Shown: positions 18,322 through 26,092 of the stretch, in pieces
Layout of the letters: every line of letters begins with the position of its first letter
Numbering within the stretch: the stretch's first letter is position 1
Source: Vulcanimicrobiaceae bacterium
GTDB taxonomy: Bacteria > Vulcanimicrobiota > Vulcanimicrobiia > Vulcanimicrobiales > Vulcanimicrobiaceae
Length of the DNA stretch: 36,370 nt
Assembly (NCBI GenBank): GCA_046262595.1
Contig: JBHEMM010000024.1
Location: forward strand, 384 to 36,753
Direction of reading: 5' to 3'
The notes under the pieces: model-generated
Database searches by the model: none
What the model saw: only the letters and a program-made list of their open reading frames with translations
What the model was told of the DNA's origin: nothing
Made by a program: the position numbers and the translations under genes

Positions 18322-19089
18322 CTATTGCCCCTTTTCGGCTCTTGAGAGGTTGGCATTGAGCAGCACGACGTCGACTCGCCTATTGGCTTGCCGGTTCTGC
18401 GCCGTGCTGTTGTCCGTCCGTGGGTGAAATTGTCCGTATCCCGCTGCCGATATGCGATCCGCCGGCAGACGATCCTGCTCGATCAGATAGCGCACGACAT
18501 TGACGGCACGCGCCGTCGAAAGTTCCCAGTTCGTGGGATAGCGGTCCGTGGCGATGGGAACGTTGTCCGTGTTCCCCTCGACGCGAATCAGGTTATCGTT
18601 CTTCTTTAAAAAGACATCGACCTCATCGAGAATTTTTTTAGTCTGCGGCCGCAGATCCGCGCTCCCGGAGTCGTAGTACGCTTTATCTGAAAGTAAAGTT
18701 ATGACTAAGCCGCGCCGGTCCAAATGCACCTGCACTTGGTCCTGGAGGCGGTTTTGAGCGACGTACTGCTGCAGTTGCTTTTGAATGAGCGGTATGCGCG
18801 ACGGCGTTGTGAAGTTTTGATGCGCATCCAAACCGCCGTTGGGCGGCTGATTGACGGACCAGTCGTTGTCAAAGCCGGCGGAGACGTCTTTTGCGAACGC
18901 CTGAAACTTTACTTTGCTGATCGTCGAGATCGCGAACAGGATAATGAACAGCGCGAGCATGAGGGTGATCATATCCGCATACGTGAGCAGCCAGCGCATC
19001 ATGCCGGCGGTCTCGACTTTCTGCTCTTCGGCTTTTTTGCGGAAGCGGCTTTCGGCCGCACGCGCGGCGGTTTTTATCGGCTGCGGCAC
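18322..19089 (-). CDS. motB: Flagellar stator MotB
   Basis: RWLLTYADMITLMLALFI (ion-binding Asp), OmpA-like IRVEGNTDNVPI..NWELSTARA..NRRVDV. Confidence 0.96.
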   Translation of the reverse strand: MPQPIKTAARAAESRFRKKAEEQKVETAGMMRWLLTYADMITLMLALFIILFAISTISKVKFQAFAKDVSAGFDNDWSVNQPPNGGLDAHQNFTTPSRIPLIQKQLQQYVAQNRLQDQVQVHLDRRGLVITLLSDKAYYDSGSADLRPQTKKILDEVDVFLKKNDNLIRVEGNTDNVPIATDRYPTNWELSTARAVNVVRYLIEQDRLPADRISAAGYGQFHPRTDNSTAQNRQANRRVDVVLLNANLSRAEKGQ

Positions 19090-19094
19090 GGCGC

Positions 19095-19934
19095 TTAGGT
19101 GGAGTAGCTCGGCTGATCGGCAACCGCGCCGCCTTCTTCAATCTCCGTCTCACGTTCGTGCGGGTCGAGGAACGCCTGCAGACGCTCTTCGAGCAGCCGC
19201 GGATTGTCGCCGGCTTGGATAGAGAGGATGCCCTCGATCATGATCTCGCGCAGCAGCAGCAATTGGCCGGAGCGCTCCTTGATCTTGTTGGCGATCGGCA
19301 GCCAGAGCAGATTGGCGAACATGATGCCGAAGAATGTCGCTACGAACGCCTGCGCGGTGGAGACGCCGATGGTTCCCGCGATGCTCCCGCTGCCGCTTAC
19401 GCTGCCAAGGCTGCGCAGCATGCCGATCAGCCCGAGCACCGTTCCGATGATGCCAAGCGTCGGCGAATAGCCGCCCAAATTCGTGTACACCGCTTCGGCC
19501 TTGGAACCACTCTCCTGGACGTAGCTGACTTCGGTCTCCAGCACTTTGCGGATGACGTCGGTGTCGCGTCCGTCGATCACGAGTTGGATGCCCTTGCGCA
19601 TGAAATCGTCTTCCAGCGCGGCGGCCTCGTTTTCGAGCGCCAGCAAACCCTCGCGCCGCGCCTTCTCGGCGAACGACACGAGCGTCGCAATCACATCGCG
19701 TTCGTGATATTCCGGTTCGGTGAATGCGGTTTTGAGACCGCCGAAGAAACCTTTGAGGAACGTGCGCAGCGGAAAAGAGGTCAGCGTTGCGCCGACCGTT
19801 CCGCCGATAATCAGCACGATCGCTTCCCACCGTCCGAAGATGATGTGCGGGTCGGCCCCGCCGACATACCCGGCGAGAAAAATAGCGCCGAAGGCGATGA
19901 GGAGCCCCAGCAGCGTAGCTACGTCCATCCTCAT
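19095..19934 (-). CDS. motA: Flagellar stator MotA (start 19934 or 19928)
   Basis: AEKARREGLLALE, FMRKGIQLVIDG, GGYSPTLGIIGTVLGLI, AFVATFFGI..ANL.WLPIANK, EGILSIQAGDNP. Confidence 0.96.
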   Translation of the reverse strand: MRMDVATLLGLLIAFGAIFLAGYVGGADPHIIFGRWEAIVLIIGGTVGATLTSFPLRTFLKGFFGGLKTAFTEPEYHERDVIATLVSFAEKARREGLLALENEAAALEDDFMRKGIQLVIDGRDTDVIRKVLETEVSYVQESGSKAEAVYTNLGGYSPTLGIIGTVLGLIGMLRSLGSVSGSGSIAGTIGVSTAQAFVATFFGIMFANLLWLPIANKIKERSGQLLLLREIMIEGILSIQAGDNPRLLEERLQAFLDPHERETEIEEGGAVADQPSYST

Positions 19935-19937
19935 CCT

Positions 19938-19964
19938 TTATCGGCCGCCCGGGCCCAACATTCA
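19938..19964 (-). promoter_or_regulatory. Putative sigma28 promoter of motA
   Basis: TGAA-N15-GCCGATAA (perfect -10). Confidence 0.5.
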
Positions 19965-20165
19965 GTCGGCGGGGCTGGGGGGATTTCCGTAAATCTTGCG
20001 TTTGAATTCGATGATGCGCTCTTGAATCGCGTCCATCGCGTCGCGCACGATCAGCTTGTTGCCGCTGACGAGCGTGATCACCGTGTCCGGCGTGGTTTCC
20101 ACCGACTCGATGAGGTCCGCATTCACCATAATCGGCTGCCCGTTGAGCCGCGTAAGTTTGACCAT
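19962..20165 (-). CDS. flbD: Flagellar FlbD/SwrD family protein
   Basis: MVKLTRLNG....VNADLIESVETTPDTVITLVSGNKLIV; canonical position between flgE and motA. Confidence 0.92.
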   Translation of the reverse strand: MVKLTRLNGQPIMVNADLIESVETTPDTVITLVSGNKLIVRDAMDAIQERIIEFKRKIYGNPPSPAD

Positions 20166-20195
20166 TTCCCCTCGTCTTCTTTACCTGCAGGCAGC

Positions 20196-20222
20196 GGGCC
20201 CCGCCTTCGAAAGGCGGGACCC
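20196..20222 (-). other. GC-rich stem-loop after flgE (no U-tract)
   Basis: Minus strand GGGTCCCGCCTT-TCG-AAGGCGGGGCCC, a 12-bp stem with one G-U pair. Confidence 0.6.
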
Positions 20223-20237
20223 TGCGCCTCATTGCCC

Positions 20238-22055
20238 CTAGTTCTCCGAAGCGCGAACGTTGATGACCGTCTGCAGATTTTGGTCCGCAGTCGAGATGCC
20301 GCGCGTGTTCGCTTCGAACGCGCGCTGCGCCACGATCATCTTCGTGAACTCGTCGGCCAGTGAAACGTTCGACTGTTCGAGAGAGCCGGCGATGATGGCG
20401 CCGAACCGTCCTTGGTTCCCTGTGCCGACCTGCGCGAGACCGGAGTTCGGGCTCTCCTGGAACTGGTTGCCGCCCACGCGGTGCAAGCCGTCCTCATTTT
20501 GGAACGTCGCAAGCGCTACTTGGCCAAGCGTGCGGCTTTGCCCGTTGGTGAACGCGCCGGAGATGGCACCGTCCTGCCCGATGGAGATGTTGGACAGAAT
20601 GCCGGCTTCGTAACCGTTCTGCGAAAGCACGGTTGCCGTATAGCCGCTGGTGCTCGCGGTCGCGCTCGCGCTCGAGGTTCCGGCCAGCGAGGCGGTGTTC
20701 GAGAAGTCGAGCCCGATCGCACCCGCCGTCGCGGGGCCGGCGCCGCTGCCCGTCGGCGCGACGGCGACGTTGCCATTGAGCAGTCCCCACGCCGTCACGT
20801 TGATTTCGTCGCCCGCGGCAATCGAAGCCGGTTGGCCCAAGGTGTGGACGTTCGTTGCGAGCGCCGCCCCGTTTACGCCGGTCGAGCTGGAGGTGTTGAT
20901 GAATTGCCCGTTCTGATCGTAGTACGCATATCCCAGCGTCGTGGGGTTCGAAGCGGTCGGCGTCGAGCCGTTCACCGCGGTGCCGTCGGTGAAGTACGCT
21001 TCGGTTTTCCAGCGCGTCGCCGGTGTATGCGCCGTTCCTTGCGCATCGGTCACCGAAGAAGGCAGCCCGGTCGTGGCGCCGGTGATCGTGATCGTGTCCG
21101 CCGTCGCCGCTGCCGGCTCGGGCGAAGCCAGCGTGAAGGTGGCGTTATCGAACGTCATCGTTGCGCCCGCCGCACCCTTGATCGTGTTGCCGTTTGCATC
21201 CGAGATCGCGTAGCCGAGGCCGGGACCATTGGAAGTGACCGTGATTGTTTGCGCCGCAGCGCCTGCGGCGACGCTGGTTCCGCTGATGTTGCCGTTCGCG
21301 GTGCTCACTTGCGAAGCGGCAGTCGCGCCCGTTGCATCCGGCACGTACTTGATGAACATTTGGTGCGCGTTGCCGAGCGAGTCGTAGATCGTTGTCGAAA
21401 TGGTGTCCGGCACGCCCTGGCCGGCGCCTTTGCCGGTGATGTTTCCTTGCTCTTCGACTTGCCACTGCGTTTGATCCAGATTACCGCCCAGCGCAATGTC
21501 GAACGCTTTGTCGCCCGCCGGGCCGAGCTTGTTGCCGAAACCGGTGCCGACCGCTTGCGACTGCAAGCCGAGTGGAATCGTGATATTTCCTAGCGCGCTA
21601 TTCGCGATAACGCCCTGCGAATTCGCGGTGTACCCTTGCACGGCAAGCCCCGAGGCCGGATCGTACAGCAGGCCGCTGGAGTTGAGCGAGAAGGCGCCGT
21701 CGCGCGTATACGTCGCGCCGCTGCTGCCGTCCACGTTGCGCAGCACGAAAAAGCCGTCGCCGTTGACGGCCAGGTCGGTGTTGATTCCCGTGGTTTGCAA
21801 GCCGCCCTGCGCGAAGTTCGTGTCGATGGAGTTCACCCGGACGCCCACGCCGACTTCCTGCGAATTGATGCCGCCGCGTGAAGACGTCGGCGCGCTGGAA
21901 AACGCCTGCGTTTGATAAAAAAGATCTGCAAACGTCATACGCTGGCCTTTGAAGCCGACCGTACCGGTGTTTGCGATGTCGTTGGAGATCATATCGATTT
22001 GATTCTGATAGGCGTTGATGCCCGAGATCCCCGTGAACAGCGAATCGAATGCCAT
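20238..22055 (-). CDS. flgE: Flagellar hook protein FlgE
   Basis: SLFTGISG.....DMISNDIANTGTVGFK, TDLAVNGDGFF, YTRDGAF, IYDSLGNAH, GSLEQSNVSLADEFTKMIVAQRAFEANTRGISTAD. Confidence 0.96.
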   Translation of the reverse strand: MAFDSLFTGISGINAYQNQIDMISNDIANTGTVGFKGQRMTFADLFYQTQAFSSAPTSSRGGINSQEVGVGVRVNSIDTNFAQGGLQTTGINTDLAVNGDGFFVLRNVDGSSGATYTRDGAFSLNSSGLLYDPASGLAVQGYTANSQGVIANSALGNITIPLGLQSQAVGTGFGNKLGPAGDKAFDIALGGNLDQTQWQVEEQGNITGKGAGQGVPDTISTTIYDSLGNAHQMFIKYVPDATGATAASQVSTANGNISGTSVAAGAAAQTITVTSNGPGLGYAISDANGNTIKGAAGATMTFDNATFTLASPEPAAATADTITITGATTGLPSSVTDAQGTAHTPATRWKTEAYFTDGTAVNGSTPTASNPTTLGYAYYDQNGQFINTSSSTGVNGAALATNVHTLGQPASIAAGDEINVTAWGLLNGNVAVAPTGSGAGPATAGAIGLDFSNTASLAGTSSASATASTSGYTATVLSQNGYEAGILSNISIGQDGAISGAFTNGQSRTLGQVALATFQNEDGLHRVGGNQFQESPNSGLAQVGTGNQGRFGAIIAGSLEQSNVSLADEFTKMIVAQRAFEANTRGISTADQNLQTVINVRASEN

Positions 22056-22114
22056 TCTTTGAAATGCCTTTCTTGATTTTTCGGCAGCGCGTCAGTCCTT
22101 CGGCGCGGCCGGTA

Positions 22115-22146
22115 TGCTTCTTCGATTCGTAAATCGGCCGGAAGCA
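22115..22146 (-). other. Structured element in the flgE leader (UACG-capped hairpin)
   Basis: Minus strand TGCTTC-cggc-CGATT-TACG-AATCG-aa-GAAGCA. Confidence 0.4.
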
Positions 22147-22162
22147 GAGTAAAAAAATGCCC

Positions 22163-22564
22163 TTAGGCGATGATCGCGGCGGAGTCGATGTTGGTGAAAA
22201 CGTTTTCTTTCATCGATTCTTGATCGACGGCGGTGATGACGGTGCGGTTTTTAATGCTGACCACCATCGCGACGTCGCGCAGCATGAACAACGATTGTTT
22301 CGCGCCTTTTTGTGCGGCTTTGTCGGCCATCACGTTCATGCGCGCGACATCGTCGCTGCTCAATTGAATGTTGCGCGATGCCAGGCGCTGCGCCGCATGT
22401 GCCGAGAACCTGAGCGGCTGAAGCGACGAGCCCGTTTGCTCCAGGACGGAGCGGAAGCTCGGCGTTCCCTGCGGTGGAATCTGGAGCGGCGTACCGGCGG
22501 GGCGCGGAGCGGGGCCGGGAATAATTCCCGGACGTCCGATACCCTTGAGATCGTTCGGATCCAC
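22163..22564 (-). CDS. Conserved flagellar operon protein (TIGR02530-like)
   Basis: LRFSAHAAQRLASRNI, KAAQKGAKQSL, VVSIKNRTVITAVD....ENVFTNIDSAAI; between flgD and flgE; probable GTG start 22564. Confidence 0.88.
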   Translation of the reverse strand: MDPNDLKGIGRPGIIPGPAPRPAGTPLQIPPQGTPSFRSVLEQTGSSLQPLRFSAHAAQRLASRNIQLSSDDVARMNVMADKAAQKGAKQSLFMLRDVAMVVSIKNRTVITAVDQESMKENVFTNIDSAAIIA

Positions 22565-22565
22565 G

Positions 22566-23033
22566 TTAACTGCCGATGCCGACGATTTCGTTCGTTGCAA
22601 AGAGCAGCGGCTGACCGTTGTTGTCGCTGATGACCTTGCCTGCGGAGTTGGTCATGCTGAAAAACGGCTGACCGTTCTGCACCGCAATGGAACTGACCGT
22701 GCCGCTTTGCGTCGCGGAGTTCCCCGTGCCGTCGGGCGTGATGACGGTCACTTTCTTTCCCAGAAGCGACGAGGCTTGCATCACCCCGAAGTTCGACTGG
22801 AAATTGGCAAATGCCGAGCTGAGATCGTTTTGCGCCTGCAGCGCGGAAAACTGCGCCAGCTGCGCGACGGACTGCGTGTCATCCATCGGCTTGAGCGGGT
22901 CTTGGTTTTGCAGTTCCGTTGTGAGCAGTTGCAAGAACTGCTGGGAGCCCATGACTTGGCCGTTCGCCGAAGCCGCCGAACTCGCGGGTGAGGTTTGCGG
23001 CGTCGCCGTGATCGCCGCGATACTGTTGGACAT
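22566..23033 (-). CDS. flgD: Hook capping protein FlgD
   Basis: Start moved to ATG 23033 (AGGAG RBS). FLQLLTTELQNQDPLKPMD....AQLAQFSAL, ASSLLGKKV. Confidence 0.95.
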   Translation of the reverse strand: MSNSIAAITATPQTSPASSAASANGQVMGSQQFLQLLTTELQNQDPLKPMDDTQSVAQLAQFSALQAQNDLSSAFANFQSNFGVMQASSLLGKKVTVITPDGTGNSATQSGTVSSIAVQNGQPFFSMTNSAGKVISDNNGQPLLFATNEIVGIGS

Positions 23034-23041
23034 AGCGTCTC

Positions 23042-24463
23042 CTATACGAGCGAGTTGATGACGAGCGATCCGGGCCCCGTTGCAATCGGAGGACCGAACC
23101 GTGCGTCGTAAACCGCCTGGTCGTCGTTGTGGTTGAGCCCGGCTTGCCATCCGCCGAGCTTGTAGTTGGCGTGCTGCTGGCCGGCCGTTTCGCGGTCGCC
23201 GGCGGAACCGGTTTGATTGCCGGAAACGCCGACCGAGAACGTTCCCAGCGTCAAGCCGGCATCGCCGAGTGCCCGCGCAAGTTGCGTGTGACCGGCAAGA
23301 AGCACATCCCGCATGCCCGCGTTCTGCGCGAGCACGTTTGCGGAGATGCTGTTGCCCGTCACCGTGATTTTGAGCGCGACTTCACCCAAGTGTTCGGGCT
23401 GTAAACGCAGACGGATCTGCGAAGACTCGCCGGAGCTTTGGATAACGATGCCTTTGACCATCTGTTCGATCACCGCATTCGCATCGACTGCGGTATACGG
23501 GGCGATCGGCCGCTCGGGAAGCGTCGCCGTTGCGTCCGCAGCCGGCGTATGCCCGGCGGCGGTCGCGGCTGCGGCGGCGGTTGAGCCGGGATCGGTCTGC
23601 ATTGCAAGAGCGGCTTGCGTTTGCAGCGGCGCCGCGCTTTGCCGTTGGAAATGATCGCCCGTTTGCATACCGGCTCCGCCGCCGTTTTGGCTTGGCGAAG
23701 CGATCAGCGCAACGAGCCGTTCGAACACCGCGGACGGCGAAGAGACGGCTGCCGAAGCACCGGTGGATCGGGATGCTTGCGGCGGCGCCGTTTCTGCGTT
23801 TTGCGCGTTCGCGCTGAACGCGCGTGTCAAGATGCGCGAAAGCACGTCGTTGACGGCACTGTCCGCGTTCGCAGCCGGAGCTGCGGGCGCATCTTGTGCC
23901 GGTGCGGCGATCGGCGTTTGACCGGGACTCGCGGCAGGCGCGGCCGCCTGGGCCGCTTGCGCTAGAAGAGCCCGCGCGAACGCGGCGACGTCGTCCTCGA
24001 TGAGAGCGGCATGCGCGTTTTTCGTTTGCGGGGCCGGGGGTTCTTTCGCCGGTTTGGCGTCCAAGAGATGTCCCGGGATTTCGTTCTTCTGCCCTGCGTT
24101 GTTTTTTGCCGTCGTGCCCGTGAGCGTTTCTAGGAGTCCTATCAATCGCTGTTCGAGTGTTGCGGCTTGCGGTGGACTCGTGCCGGGAGGCGCGAGGGCC
24201 GCGGTAAGTGCGCGCTGCAGCGTGCTGCGCGCATTCGCATCGCGCGTGCTGCCGGTCGCACGTAGCAGTGCGTTCGTCAGTTCTTTCGCGATGCTGCTCA
24301 CGAGTGGTGCCGCCGGTGCAGCGTTCGGGAGCAGTGCGGTCAGGTTCGATCCCAGCAGAGCCGCGAACTCGGTGGCGTTGCCGCGCAGTGCGCTCGTGAC
24401 CCCGCGTGGGAGCGCCATACCGCCGCCCTTGACGGCGGTGAGTTGGCTTAAAGAAAAGTCCAT
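23042..24463 (-). CDS. fliK: Hook-length control protein FliK
   Basis: Long Ala/Pro/Gln-rich N-terminal region, then IRLRLQPEHLGEVALKI..L..AL..AGL.LG.FSV; precedes flgD. Confidence 0.88.
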   Translation of the reverse strand: MDFSLSQLTAVKGGGMALPRGVTSALRGNATEFAALLGSNLTALLPNAAPAAPLVSSIAKELTNALLRATGSTRDANARSTLQRALTAALAPPGTSPPQAATLEQRLIGLLETLTGTTAKNNAGQKNEIPGHLLDAKPAKEPPAPQTKNAHAALIEDDVAAFARALLAQAAQAAAPAASPGQTPIAAPAQDAPAAPAANADSAVNDVLSRILTRAFSANAQNAETAPPQASRSTGASAAVSSPSAVFERLVALIASPSQNGGGAGMQTGDHFQRQSAAPLQTQAALAMQTDPGSTAAAAATAAGHTPAADATATLPERPIAPYTAVDANAVIEQMVKGIVIQSSGESSQIRLRLQPEHLGEVALKITVTGNSISANVLAQNAGMRDVLLAGHTQLARALGDAGLTLGTFSVGVSGNQTGSAGDRETAGQQHANYKLGGWQAGLNHNDDQAVYDARFGPPIATGPGSLVINSLV

Positions 24464-24516
24464 TACGTGTTGTATTCACCCCCTCTCGAGTGAAGGAAGA
24501 GAGACTCGTACCTTCC

Positions 24517-24544
24517 TCATCGGCACGCCGTGAGCGGAACGTTA
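24517..24544 (-). promoter_or_regulatory. Putative sigma28 promoter of fliK, embedded in the last codons of aroF
   Basis: TAAC-N16-GCCGATGA; the TGA of the -10 box is the aroF stop codon; near-identical to the cheY promoter. Confidence 0.6.
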
Positions 24545-25344
24545 GGGCGGCCCGCCCCCGCAAGAGACGCCAACAGCCGCATAAGGCGCTCGAACGCCGC
24601 AAAGTCGAGCGCCTGCTCGGCGTCGCAGAGCGCGGCGGCCGGTTCGGGATGCACCTCGATGATCGCGCCGTCCAATCCGGCGACCGCCGCGGCAAGGACG
24701 AGCGGCTCGATGAGGCTCGCGCGCCCGGTCGCATGGCTCGGGTCGGCAATGACCGGGAGATGCGTGAGTTCTTTGAGCCGCAGCGCTCCGGCCAGATCGA
24801 ACACGTTGCGTGTGTGCGGATCGAAGCCGCGAATGCCCCGCTCGCACAGGATGACGCTCGGGTTGCCTTCGACCAAAATATATTCGGCCGCATAAAGAAC
24901 CTCGTCCAAGGTGGCCGAGGCCGCGCGCTTGAGCAGCACCGGCTTGCCCGTGCGCGCCACCGCCTGCAGCAAGGTGAAGTTCTGCATGTTGCGCGCGCCG
25001 ATTTGGATTACGTCCACGCTGCGCGCCAGAATGGGCAACTGCGTTTCGGAGAGAGCTTCGACGACCGTAGGAATACCGGACGCGAGCCCAGCAGCGGAAA
25101 TGAGGCGTACGCCTTCTTCTCCCAGGCCCTGAAAGGCGTAGGGCGACGTGCGCGGCTTGTACGCGCCGCCCCGCAGCGCAACGGCACCGGCGCCGGCCAC
25201 GAACTGCGCCGTCCGCTCGATCTGCGCACGGCTTTCGATGGAGCACGGTCCCGCGATCATGCGGAACGTTCCGTCGCCGAACGCGGCGGTGCCGATCTGC
25301 ACGATCGAGCGTTGCTGCGGGCCCCTGCTTGCCAACTTGTACAT
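24517..25344 (-). CDS. aroF: DAHP synthase, type I-beta, catalytic barrel only
   Basis: Start ATG 25344 (MYKLASR) after GGGGA. MIAGPCSIES, LRGGAYKPRTSPYAFQGLG, QIGARNMQNF.LL, PVLLKR, ILCERGIRGF, THLPVIADPSHATG, IEVHPEP..ALCD..Q. Confidence 0.93.
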   Translation of the reverse strand: MYKLASRGPQQRSIVQIGTAAFGDGTFRMIAGPCSIESRAQIERTAQFVAGAGAVALRGGAYKPRTSPYAFQGLGEEGVRLISAAGLASGIPTVVEALSETQLPILARSVDVIQIGARNMQNFTLLQAVARTGKPVLLKRAASATLDEVLYAAEYILVEGNPSVILCERGIRGFDPHTRNVFDLAGALRLKELTHLPVIADPSHATGRASLIEPLVLAAAVAGLDGAIIEVHPEPAAALCDAEQALDFAAFERLMRLLASLAGAGRPNVPLTACR

Positions 25345-25363
25345 GCCATCCCCATTTGCAATC

Positions 25364-25390
25364 AAAAAACCGCCCCGGTAAGGGCGGCTT
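25364..25390 (-). terminator. Intrinsic (attenuator) terminator upstream of aroF
   Basis: Minus strand AAGCCGCCC-TTACCG-GGGCGG-TTTTTT. Confidence 0.85.
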
Positions 25391-25425
25391 CGGAAGTCGT
25401 TGAACGACGGACGAGCGCGCTGAAC

Positions 25426-25482
25426 TTACCGAAGATCTTCGCCGGGAAGCCACCACCAGCCGGTGCGCGCGAGCATTGTCAT
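25426..25482 (-). CDS. trpL: Trp attenuator leader peptide MTMLARTGWWWLPGEDLR (18 aa; not in ORF track)
   Basis: ATG ACA ATG CTC GCG CGC ACC GGC TGG TGG TGG CTT CCC GGC GAA GAT CTT CGG TAA; three tandem Trp codons at 25450-25458, followed by antiterminator arm and terminator. Confidence 0.85.
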   Translation of the reverse strand: MTMLARTGWWWLPGEDLR

Positions 25483-25489
25483 TCCAGCG

Positions 25490-25519
25490 ACTCTACCACG
25501 CGGTCCGCGCGTGTGTCAA
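25490..25519 (-). promoter_or_regulatory. sigma70/sigmaA-type promoter of trpL-aroF
   Basis: TTGACA (25519-25514), 18-nt spacer ending in TGg, TAGAGT (25495-25490); leader ATG follows 7 nt later. Confidence 0.75.
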
Positions 25520-26092
25520 TCAAACGAAAGCCATGGCGTTGCGCACGATCCGGGCGCCGTGCTCGCTCAAAATCGATTCCGGATGAAACTGTACACCGCT
25601 AACGGGCAGCGTACGATGGGAGAGCGCTTGAATGACGCCGTCCGAACTGCGCGCGACCACTTGAAGTTCTTGCGGCAGCGACGCATCCTCGACGCACAGC
25701 GAATGATAGCGCGTCGCCGTCAAAGGCGTGGGCAAGCCGGCGAACATGCCCGTTCCTTGATGAATGATCGCCGAAGTTTTTCCATGCATCGGAACCGGCG
25801 CGCGGACAACGTTTGCACCGTACGCCGCGCCGATTGCCTGCATCCCGAAGCACACGCCGAAAACCGGCGTGCCGTTCTGCGCAGCGCGTAAGATGAGATC
25901 CACAATCTGCGGCGTTTGCCCGGGGTTGCCCGGACCCGGACCGACGACGAGCGCACCGTACGCGCGCAGCGTTTCCGATCCCAGACGCGGATCGTCGCTG
26001 AGCACGATCTCCGGGTGCGTGCCGATCGATGCGAGCAACTGCACGACGTTATAGGTAAACGAGTCGAAGTTATCGATGAAAAGTATGTTCAT
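25520..26092 (-). CDS. trpG: Anthranilate synthase component II (class I glutamine amidotransferase, TrpG/PabA)
   Basis: Start moved to ATG 26092 (ATGA overlap with trpE): MNILFIDNFDSFTYNVVQ, GPGPGNP, GVCFGMQ, MHGKTS, TRYHSL, GVQFHPESILS. Confidence 0.92.
   Translation of the reverse strand: MNILFIDNFDSFTYNVVQLLASIGTHPEIVLSDDPRLGSETLRAYGALVVGPGPGNPGQTPQIVDLILRAAQNGTPVFGVCFGMQAIGAAYGANVVRAPVPMHGKTSAIIHQGTGMFAGLPTPLTATRYHSLCVEDASLPQELQVVARSSDGVIQALSHRTLPVSGVQFHPESILSEHGARIVRNAMAFV

Noticed and set aside
20238..22055. Spirochaete-type lysinoalanine hook cross-linking
   Set aside because: It requires a Cys in FlgE, and I find none in the translation.
23382..25602. Long alternative-frame ORFs (e.g. 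23382-24893 minus, 24490-25602 plus; likewise 19158-20363, 20412-21593, 29241-30698)
   Set aside because: Arg/Ala-rich shadow ORFs overlapping well-supported genes, as expected in high-GC DNA; no recognisable motifs.
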